From positions 3,761 to 67,760 of the forward strand of contig JAZUIH010000021.1 of the NCBI GenBank assembly GCA_045642145.1: a stretch of 64,000 nucleotides of DNA, read 5' to 3'. Position 1 is the stretch's first letter, and every line of letters begins with the position of its first letter. The notes beneath the pieces were generated by a model that did not search any database, was not told the origin of the DNA, and saw nothing but the letters and a program-made list of their open reading frames with translations. The position numbers and the translations under genes were made by a program. This document shows positions 19,059-27,413 of the stretch, piece by piece. The DNA comes from Oscillospiraceae bacterium. Its GTDB lineage: Bacteria; Bacillota; Clostridia; Oscillospirales; Ruminococcaceae.

Positions 19059-20876
19059 ATGGCCGGCAAAGATATTTCAAAAAATACCGAAGATTCAGGA
19101 AAGAACAGAAGAGAGTGGGTTAAGAACGTCATAATCGTTTTTCTACTCATAATGCTCCTTCTCACATTTTTCTCAAATACAATTATGAACTACTCCCTTC
19201 CGGAGGTATCCGTTACAAGAATCGGCAGGGACAAGGTCTCAAAATCATACACTGCTGACCTTACAGTCGAGGCTAACAAGACATACCTTGTAACAGCAGA
19301 GGAAAACAGGGATATAAAAAGAGTTGCCGTCAAGAGAGGCCAGGAGGTAAAGGAAGGGCAGACACTTTTCTTCCTCACTGAGGTTAAGGACAGCAGGGAG
19401 GCAAGGGAGCTTCAGGAACAGATAGATGCAGCACGGGACGCATATGAAAAGGCGCTCATCACTGTTTCAAAGGACTACTTCGAACTCAATCAGGCAGTCC
19501 AGATTGCAAGGGACAAGCTTAATCAGGCAATAAACGACAGAAACAATGCGCCTTCCGCACCTTCTGTAAATCCTGCAGAGACAGCAAAGCTCAGGGAGAG
19601 AAAGTCAGCTCTTTCATCAGACATCGGATTTATAACTGAAAAGAACTGGGATCTTGTCAGCAGCGAAACTTCAGGAAAGTTTGCGGACGAGTACACAGCA
19701 TTCTCAAAGACTGAGGGCGAGCTTGAAGCAGTTCAGGCTGAGTGCGGCAGATATCAGGAGATTATTACAAATGCCGGTGCTGAGAACGGAACAAAGGAAC
19801 TTGAAAGAAACATCAGCAACCTTAAGATATCACTTGAGCAGATAAAAAATGACCCTGAGAGCGCAGGCGGCGTTCCGGCTCTTGAGGCTAAGATTAAGTA
19901 TGCCGAGGAAGACCTCGCAGAGGTTAAGGAAGCAATTGCCTCACTTGAAAAGGCAAAGACTGACCTTGCTGCAAAGCAGGCAGCACATAAAACGGCAAAG
20001 ACAGCCTTTGAAAGAAAGATAACAGAGGTAACAGGAGCTGTTTCAGCAGAAATAGCATCCATAGAAGCGCAGCTTGAAACAATGCAGGGCGGTTTCTCAG
20101 GCATGACAGAACACATTGACTATGATGAGGCTGTAAGAACTGCGCAGTATTCACTTGATGCTGCTGTTAATGCACTTGAAAAGCAGATGGCTGCTGACAG
20201 AGTGACTGATGCACAGGATCAGATTGACCTTGAAGCACAGAGAAAGAAGATAGAGCTTTTTGAACAGGATATGGAAAAGCTTGTTTCAAAGCAGACTGCT
20301 ACGGAGATAAAGGCACCTGTTGACGGTGTCGTTGAGGAGATAATGGCGCTTTCAGGTCAGTCAGTTATGGAAAATGACGAGCTTATGAAGCTTAACATAT
20401 CTGACGACGGTTTCACAGCGACCATTCAGGTAACTGCAGAACAGGCAAGAAGCCTTCAGAAGGGTAAAGCTGCAAAGATTGACGGCAGGGACAAGGTTAC
20501 AGCAGTTGTAAAGAATATAACCAAGGACAAGGCTGATTCAGCAAAGTTCACTGTTACCTTCACAGTTGAGGGAAACGTAACTGCAGGCCAGGTGCTTAAG
20601 GCAGAGCTCGGTGATTCACCGGCATCATTTGACAGGGTTATTCCGCGAAATGCTGTAAAGAAGGATTCAACAGGCAGCTTCGTTTATGTTGTAAAGTCCA
20701 AGAGCACACCTCTCGGAAACAGATATATAGTTGACAAGGTTTCAGTAACAGTACAGGCTGAGGACGACACACAGTGTGCAGTATCCGGTGATTTCGGTGA
20801 TTCTGCTGACTACATTATCACTGCTTCCTCAAAGCCGTTCTCCGCAGGTGACCAGGTAAGATTTGCACAGGAGTAA
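19059..20876 (+). CDS. HlyD/membrane-fusion (periplasmic adaptor)-like protein with long coiled coil
   Basis: N-terminal TM helix, split lipoyl halves (VAVKRGQEVKEGQTLF / IKAPVDGVV), long helical hairpin, IPRNAV...FVYVV beta domain. Confidence 0.82.
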   Translation: MAGKDISKNTEDSGKNRREWVKNVIIVFLLIMLLLTFFSNTIMNYSLPEVSVTRIGRDKVSKSYTADLTVEANKTYLVTAEENRDIKRVAVKRGQEVKEGQTLFFLTEVKDSREARELQEQIDAARDAYEKALITVSKDYFELNQAVQIARDKLNQAINDRNNAPSAPSVNPAETAKLRERKSALSSDIGFITEKNWDLVSSETSGKFADEYTAFSKTEGELEAVQAECGRYQEIITNAGAENGTKELERNISNLKISLEQIKNDPESAGGVPALEAKIKYAEEDLAEVKEAIASLEKAKTDLAAKQAAHKTAKTAFERKITEVTGAVSAEIASIEAQLETMQGGFSGMTEHIDYDEAVRTAQYSLDAAVNALEKQMAADRVTDAQDQIDLEAQRKKIELFEQDMEKLVSKQTATEIKAPVDGVVEEIMALSGQSVMENDELMKLNISDDGFTATIQVTAEQARSLQKGKAAKIDGRDKVTAVVKNITKDKADSAKFTVTFTVEGNVTAGQVLKAELGDSPASFDRVIPRNAVKKDSTGSFVYVVKSKSTPLGNRYIVDKVSVTVQAEDDTQCAVSGDFGDSADYIITASSKPFSAGDQVRFAQE

Positions 20877-20882
20877 GCTGAG

Positions 20883-22028
20883 ATGACCAGAAAAACAAAA
20901 GTGATAACAACGGCGTCTGCAGCAGCTGCACTTGTACTGCTGTCAGTTTCGCTGAAGGGAATCTCAGGCAGCCTTGAATCACAGAACATGGCAGAACGCT
21001 GGCAGGGAGGCGACCTCAGATACTCACAGGTATCTGTTTTTTACCCTGAGGGCCGCGGCTCCTATGATATTTCAGAGACAGAGCACTTCAGAACGGATAT
21101 TGCCGAGAAGGTAAAGACAGGTTCATTCAGGCCGGAAAACGAAGATGCACAGGTGTGGACCTGCGGGTATTCTTCGGTTATTACAAGGGCTGATGTAAGT
21201 CTGTACAGTGACACAACCGGTAAAATAACTCCGGTGCCTTCTCAGTTCAGCATTACCGGAACAGGCGGTGACTTTTTTGAGTTTCATCCGTTTAAAATCC
21301 TCTCAGGAGGCTTAATCTATGATGATGAGCTCAGAAATGACCGTGCAGTTCTTGATGAACAGGCAGCGTGGAATATTTTCAGTTCCACTGACGTGGCCGG
21401 AATGAAGTTTCTGATAAACAGCACAGAGTTTGAGGTTGCAGGTGTTATCCGTGCAGAGGACAGTTCTGCGGTAAGAAAAGCTTATCCGGACGCACCTCTG
21501 ATTTACGTTCACTACAGTGCGCTTGAGGAGGCAGGACTGAATACTTCACTGCTCTGCTGTGAAGCAGTACTTCCGAATCCCGTATCAAACTATGCCAGAA
21601 ATATGGTTCTCGAAACCTACGGGGTAAACACTATGACAGAAGCTCCTGACGGTAAGGACCCTGAAAAGTCAGTTCCGGTTGTTGTTACAGAAAACACAGG
21701 CAGATACTCTGTTCCGAATCTCTGGAAGGGGCTGAAGTCGTTTGACATGCTTTCAGTTTCTGACAGAAGCATAGCCTGGCCGTACTGGGAAAATGCAGCG
21801 AGGATAAACTATGTCAGGGCAGTTATACTGTTTCTGCTGGCACTTCTCGCCGGTTCGTATCTCCTGATAACGGCACTCGCTGAAGGGGCTCGTCTCTGGC
21901 TTCACAGAACATGGCATCTTAAGGATTTCCTTGAGGATATGATGTATAAGTATACATACAAAAAGAGAACGTCTGACTATATTACAGCAGATGTTCAGGA
22001 CGAAACGGACGGACGTTTCGAACAGTAA
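20883..22028 (+). CDS. MacB-like periplasmic core domain protein
   Basis: TM-extracellular-TM layout; GDFFEFHPFKILSG, AVLDEQAAWNIF, FEVAGVI motifs typical of the MacB periplasmic domain. Confidence 0.7.
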   Translation: MTRKTKVITTASAAAALVLLSVSLKGISGSLESQNMAERWQGGDLRYSQVSVFYPEGRGSYDISETEHFRTDIAEKVKTGSFRPENEDAQVWTCGYSSVITRADVSLYSDTTGKITPVPSQFSITGTGGDFFEFHPFKILSGGLIYDDELRNDRAVLDEQAAWNIFSSTDVAGMKFLINSTEFEVAGVIRAEDSSAVRKAYPDAPLIYVHYSALEEAGLNTSLLCCEAVLPNPVSNYARNMVLETYGVNTMTEAPDGKDPEKSVPVVVTENTGRYSVPNLWKGLKSFDMLSVSDRSIAWPYWENAARINYVRAVILFLLALLAGSYLLITALAEGARLWLHRTWHLKDFLEDMMYKYTYKKRTSDYITADVQDETDGRFEQ

Positions 22029-22133
22029 CAGGATTTTCCCGGCGCCGGAGTCACCGGTATGCCGGTTATAATCAGCGGGTGAGCGGATAATTCTTATCGG
22101 TCACTCCTAAGGAAAAGAAAGGAAAAAAGAAGA

Positions 22134-25100
22134 ATGAAGAAATCAAAATTTGTAACAAGAGCGGTAAGCTCACTTCTCGCAGCAGCGATGCTGGCAACTC
22201 TCGCCTCATGCGGTCCGAAAAGTCCGGAAAAAGGCGGAGATATGGGTGTTTCCAATAAGCCGAGACAGATTGTGAACTACTATACATCAGAGATGTTCAC
22301 AAAGCCGGAGAGCCTTGGCTATGTAAACAGTATTTTCACAGCCGGAGAGAAGGTTTTCATTTACGGTGAGAAGAACAGCAGCGCGGCTGAAAAAGTGTCA
22401 CTTGCCATAAACGAAGAGACAAAGGAAGTAAAGGATATTTCCATCGACGGTATTAAAGCTGACTACATTAACGGCGTACATTATTTCGGCGACAGGCTTC
22501 TTGTAATGTACCAGACAGAGAATGACTATAAAAACAAAATGGCACTGGTTAATACCGCTGACGGTACAGTTATAAAGGAAACAAATCTTCCTGACAATTC
22601 ATATGTTTCAAGCTGTATGCTTGACAAGGACGGTAACTTTGCAGCTTCTGTACAGAGCTGGGGCGGAGTATCATCACAGAGTACTCTCCGCACATATGAC
22701 CGCACTACACTTGAGGAAAAGAACTCAGTTGACCTCAATGCCCTTGTATCTGCAGACGGCGGAAACTCATACATAAACTCAACTGCCTTTGACAATGACG
22801 GTAACCTGTATATTCTCTGCGGTGAATATGATCCGGATACAGATACGGAGATGACAACACTTACCAAGGTGAAAGACGGTACTGTTGAATACGCAGTGGA
22901 TGACTTTTCTGACCTTGAAAACGCGGCATTCCTTCTTAAGAGACCAAACGGAAATATGTGCATAATGTCACTCGAAGGCATGAGCGGTTTTGTGTTCAGC
23001 GAGATTGACAATGCTACAGGCGAAGTAGTAAACAGGCCTCAGGTAAAGGTTGATATTCAGAGTATCAGGGGCATCTGCCAGAACTATGACAAGGCAGATC
23101 TTGTATATCTTGATGAAACCGGCATCTGGAAGATTGATGCTGACAAGGAAAAGCCTGAGAAGATGTATTCCTTCGGAACAGATATTCCTGAGGAATGTTC
23201 CAGCAGCTACGAAATATCATACAGCAACGGTTCGTTCTATTTCTACGGAGAGTCATACGGTGATTCAAGAAGCGTGATTTACTCATTTGACGAGGACGGC
23301 AACGAGCTCGGAACATTACTGCCGGAACTCGGAAAGGACGAATACGTTACTGCAGTAACAGTAAATGCAGACGGTAAGATATGCCTTCTTGCACAGTGCT
23401 ACAAATATGATGAGGAAACAGAAAGCGGAAGCAGCGTATATAACTTATATGTAATGAGCCAGGACGGAGCAACTGAAGCAGTTACAGACTTAAGCTCAGT
23501 AAGTATTGATGGTGCTGATGTATATGTTGACCAGATAGTTCCTCTCAGAGACGGAAGCATTGCAGCTCTTGCACAGGCATACGACCAGGTCGCAGGTGAA
23601 TCAAAAGCCTTTGCAGCAGTAATTGACGCTTCAGGAAATCTCATTTCAAAGGTAGAAGACGAGAGCATCATGTATATTGAAAATGCCGTTTCAACTGCTG
23701 AAGGCGACTATCTCTTCTATTACGAGAAGAACAAGTCTGGTACCTCATGCATTAAGTTTGATGCTCAGACAGGTGAAATTCTTGAACATCCTGATTTTGA
23801 ACTTCCGGATTCCTGGCGTTCAATGGGTACTGACGGAAACTATGACTTCTGCTATCAGACAGGTGAAGGTATTTACGGATACACAGCTGCAGACAAAAAA
23901 TCAACAGAAATCCTTAACTGGGTTGACAGCGATATTTTATTCACAGCACAGAAGGCAGCGTTCCTCGGAGACGACACTATTATATGTCTTGCTTATGACT
24001 ATGAGGTAGGCGATACGCAGATTTACCGTCTCAGAAGAGCAGATGAGGAAACACTTAAGAAGATACAGAACAAGAAGCTCATCACAGTTGCAGGCCTTGA
24101 CCTTGGCTATGACAACAGCTTCAGAGAGAAAATCGTTGACTTCAACAGAAACAGTGATGAATACAGAATCCAGGTCAATGACTACGGCAAGTTCAGCAAG
24201 TGGGAGGATGACACATACACATCAGGTGCCTTCCAGCTCAACAATGACATGACAGCAGGAAACACACCTGATATTATCATCGGAAACTCTGAGATTGATA
24301 TGACATCATTTGCGGCCAAGAAGATTCTTGCTGACCTTACAACATACTTCGAAAAGGATCCTGATATCCATAAGGAAGACTTCTTCGAAAATATATTCGA
24401 TGCATACTCATATGACGGAAAAATGTATCAGGTGGTTTCAAACTTCTCAGTATCAGCAATTGCAGGACCTGCATCAAAGCTTGGCAGTGAACCTGGCTGG
24501 ACACATGAAGAGTTTTTAAGTCTCAGAGACAACGGAGATATATTCTACAGAAATAACTATACAAAGGATGAGCTTGCAAACAGACTTATAAAGTCAAATC
24601 TCTCTGAGTTTGTTGACTTTGAAAAGAAGACATGTGACTTTGACAACAGCAGATTTACAGGACTTATCGATCTCGTATGCGAGGAAGGCAGAGAGCCTGG
24701 AGAAGATGAGGATATCTACGATGAGTCAGCACGTTTTGAAGAGGCAAAGCGTTTTAAGGACGGCAAGTGTCAGGCTGAAATAATCAGACTTGACGGATTC
24801 TATGACATCCTTAACCTCCAGCAGGGTGCTCTCGGTGAAGAAGCAGTCATCAAGGGATTCCCTGCATCTGAGGGAAGCGGTGCTCTTATTACTTCGGATA
24901 TATCATTTGCCGTATGTGAGAAGTCAAAGAACAAGGATGCGGCCTGGGAATTTATCAGAGAGTTCCTTACAGAGGAGTATCAGGACGGTCTTAATGACAA
25001 TTACATTCACACACTTCCTTCAAGAAAGTCATCATTTGAAAAACTCCTTACAAAGGCAAAGAACGACGACAGCATGGGATATGCAGTTGAAATGCCTGAC

Positions 25101-25316
25101 GGAACAATGGAGGATATGAAGCCGCTTGATGACAAGACAGCAGATAAGATCAGAGCAGCAGTTGAAGCAGCTGACCGCTGCGCAGTTTCTGACGAAAGAA
25201 TCGGAAAAATAATTGACGAAGAGCTTGAAGCAGTAAAGAAGAACGGAAAGTCTTCAGCTGAAGCTGCATCACAGATTCAGAACAAGGTTTCACTCTATCT
25301 TAAGGAAATCAAGTAA
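22134..25316 (+). CDS. Very large lipoprotein: N-terminal repeat (propeller-like) region plus C-terminal ABC solute-binding domain
   Basis: Lipobox LASC; C-terminal third has PDII, LADLT, FENIFDAY..DGKMY, SKNKDAAWEFI (sugar-binding family 1 style). Confidence 0.82.
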   Translation: MKKSKFVTRAVSSLLAAAMLATLASCGPKSPEKGGDMGVSNKPRQIVNYYTSEMFTKPESLGYVNSIFTAGEKVFIYGEKNSSAAEKVSLAINEETKEVKDISIDGIKADYINGVHYFGDRLLVMYQTENDYKNKMALVNTADGTVIKETNLPDNSYVSSCMLDKDGNFAASVQSWGGVSSQSTLRTYDRTTLEEKNSVDLNALVSADGGNSYINSTAFDNDGNLYILCGEYDPDTDTEMTTLTKVKDGTVEYAVDDFSDLENAAFLLKRPNGNMCIMSLEGMSGFVFSEIDNATGEVVNRPQVKVDIQSIRGICQNYDKADLVYLDETGIWKIDADKEKPEKMYSFGTDIPEECSSSYEISYSNGSFYFYGESYGDSRSVIYSFDEDGNELGTLLPELGKDEYVTAVTVNADGKICLLAQCYKYDEETESGSSVYNLYVMSQDGATEAVTDLSSVSIDGADVYVDQIVPLRDGSIAALAQAYDQVAGESKAFAAVIDASGNLISKVEDESIMYIENAVSTAEGDYLFYYEKNKSGTSCIKFDAQTGEILEHPDFELPDSWRSMGTDGNYDFCYQTGEGIYGYTAADKKSTEILNWVDSDILFTAQKAAFLGDDTIICLAYDYEVGDTQIYRLRRADEETLKKIQNKKLITVAGLDLGYDNSFREKIVDFNRNSDEYRIQVNDYGKFSKWEDDTYTSGAFQLNNDMTAGNTPDIIIGNSEIDMTSFAAKKILADLTTYFEKDPDIHKEDFFENIFDAYSYDGKMYQVVSNFSVSAIAGPASKLGSEPGWTHEEFLSLRDNGDIFYRNNYTKDELANRLIKSNLSEFVDFEKKTCDFDNSRFTGLIDLVCEEGREPGEDEDIYDESARFEEAKRFKDGKCQAEIIRLDGFYDILNLQQGALGEEAVIKGFPASEGSGALITSDISFAVCEKSKNKDAAWEFIREFLTEEYQDGLNDNYIHTLPSRKSSFEKLLTKAKNDDSMGYAVEMPDGTMEDMKPLDDKTADKIRAAVEAADRCAVSDERIGKIIDEELEAVKKNGKSSAEAASQIQNKVSLYLKEIK

Positions 25317-25376
25317 TCAGGTAAACAATAATCAGTTCAGAAATTAAAGCCGCGCACTCTCTTTAAATCCTGAACT

Positions 25377-25431
25377 GCAGGGCCGGGACCAAAGTCCCGG
25401 CCTTGCTTTTTTTTACAGCATAATGTATAAT
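25377..25431 (+). terminator. Strong terminator with an overlapping sigma-A promoter
   Basis: gcagggccgggac/gtcccggccttgc plus T-run; ttgctt-17 bp-tataat at 25403-25431. Confidence 0.75.
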
Positions 25432-25469
25432 AAACATATATGTGTATTTTTGCAGAAAGGATAATCCAT

Positions 25470-27383
25470 ATGAAAAAAAAGGATATGATAAAAATCATTG
25501 CAGGGCTGTTTGCGGCTGTAACTGTTATGGCTTCTTTTTCATCCTGCAGCGGTAATGATTCATCATCAGTGTCAGAGCATAAGGAAAGCTCAGTTTCCGA
25601 TTCAGAAGCTGATGAACCGGAGACAGTCAGGGAACTGACAGCTTTACCGGTCGGAACGGAACATGACTATGAAAATATACGCACTCTTCAGACCGCCGGA
25701 GACAATATCTATATATTTGAACAGAAAAATGAAGTAGTTCAGAGGGAACTCTCAGTCATGGTTTCAGTTCATGACAGGACAAAGAGTGACTTTTCACTTG
25801 AGGCGGCGGATTACTCATATATCCAGTACATGGCAATCAACGATAACAGAACAGTAATGATTTACTGTGATGACGATAACAGACAGAGGATGTGTTCCAT
25901 AGACGCTGAGACCGGAAAGGCAGTTTCGGATGTGGAAATTTCCGGTGATGTCAATTATTCCAATATCAGAAGTGACGGAAACGGAAACTTTACGGTTATA
26001 AAGAATGACTACACCGGTGACCTTGCAGAGATTCATCTCGAGTGGTTTGACGGCGATACTCTTGAGTCCGTAAAAGACATAAACCTGTCCGGAGGTATTC
26101 TTAAGTCTGACAGTGAAGCCGTAATCGATGCATTTGCATGTCCTGACGGAAGTGCATATATTTTCGGAATAAACTACACACCGGACTTCAGAACTGAGCC
26201 GTCCCTTTATAAACTTGATTCAGAGGGAAATCTGCTCTGGGCAAAGACAGATTTTGATGACTGGGATGAGCATTTTACAGGAATATATATGGGTGTGAAC
26301 GGAAACCTCTGCGTTGCGACTACACTTGACTATTCTGAGTACTATGTCCGCGAGACCGACTGTGAAACAGCAGAGCTTATAGAAAAGCACACTATAAATA
26401 TCCCTAAGTTCTCGAACTTTATCAGTTCGCTTATGCTTCCCGGATATGACTTTACATATATAAGCACTGCCGGCGTTACCGGATATAATTTTAAGACAGG
26501 CGAGTCTGAAACTGTGCTGAGCTTCGGAGAGGACCTTGATCCGGGGCTTAAGGATTCATTTACAGCTTCATCCTGCGGTGACAGAATTTATTTCTACTCA
26601 ATAGCAAATGCTGAGTCAGGCCGTACGGTAACAGCTGCCGGCGCAGACGGAAAGACCGTGTACAGCAGGGAACTTGATGCGACATACGGATATGCATCTG
26701 CCTTCTGTGCAGCAGAGGACGGAACAGTGGTCTATGCCGAAACATATGATCCGGGCGGAAAGAAGGAGACATCCAGCGGCTTTAATACAGCCTATATCTT
26801 CCACATTCTTGACGAAAAGGGAAATCCTAAGAGCTCCTTTAAGATAAATGAAATTGATGAATACGGTGATGCAAGCATCCAGAAGATAGCCTTCGGCAGC
26901 GACGGTAACCTGTACATGCTGTTCCAGACTTTTGACAATGAAAATATCGGTACAGTTGTTTACGTAACAGACCGCAGCGGAAAGATTATAAAAAAATATG
27001 ACAGCACAAAGCAGGGCTTTGTTATAACCACCCTTCTTGTAAGCAGCAGCGGCGAAAAGGCAGTGTGCATAAAGGGCGGAGAGGACGGAACAACAGTTGT
27101 TTCATTCAGTCCGGACGGAACTCTGAAGGAGGAGTTTACCGTGGTGCTTGATGACAGTGATTCGATACTTAACGGAAAGGGTGAACACGATCTTTACTGG
27201 CGCTCAGGCGACGTGATTTACGGCTGCGGGAACGGTTCTGATGAAGCTGATGTTATCGCGGACCTTTCAGGCGTGCTCACTGGTATAAACGATATCTATA
27301 TTGATTCGGAAAGCAGATTTATCTGCAGCACATATGACTCCGAAACAGGAGAGACCGGAGTAAGTGCTGTTTCTGTATCCTGA
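25470..27383 (+). CDS. Lipoprotein, paralog of the N-terminal region of 22134..25316
   Basis: RBS agaaagga; lipobox FSSC; colinear similarity blocks with the upstream lipoprotein. Confidence 0.78.
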   Translation: MKKKDMIKIIAGLFAAVTVMASFSSCSGNDSSSVSEHKESSVSDSEADEPETVRELTALPVGTEHDYENIRTLQTAGDNIYIFEQKNEVVQRELSVMVSVHDRTKSDFSLEAADYSYIQYMAINDNRTVMIYCDDDNRQRMCSIDAETGKAVSDVEISGDVNYSNIRSDGNGNFTVIKNDYTGDLAEIHLEWFDGDTLESVKDINLSGGILKSDSEAVIDAFACPDGSAYIFGINYTPDFRTEPSLYKLDSEGNLLWAKTDFDDWDEHFTGIYMGVNGNLCVATTLDYSEYYVRETDCETAELIEKHTINIPKFSNFISSLMLPGYDFTYISTAGVTGYNFKTGESETVLSFGEDLDPGLKDSFTASSCGDRIYFYSIANAESGRTVTAAGADGKTVYSRELDATYGYASAFCAAEDGTVVYAETYDPGGKKETSSGFNTAYIFHILDEKGNPKSSFKINEIDEYGDASIQKIAFGSDGNLYMLFQTFDNENIGTVVYVTDRSGKIIKKYDSTKQGFVITTLLVSSSGEKAVCIKGGEDGTTVVSFSPDGTLKEEFTVVLDDSDSILNGKGEHDLYWRSGDVIYGCGNGSDEADVIADLSGVLTGINDIYIDSESRFICSTYDSETGETGVSAVSVS

Positions 27384-27413
27384 TAATGCGTTTACAATAA
27401 GGAGGATTAAAAG

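Noticed and set aside
27385-27398. aatgcgtttacaat before cel9, identical to one arm of the 4567-4599 palindrome; possible LacI/cre operator
   Set aside because: Only a half-site and a single 14-mer match; insufficient support.
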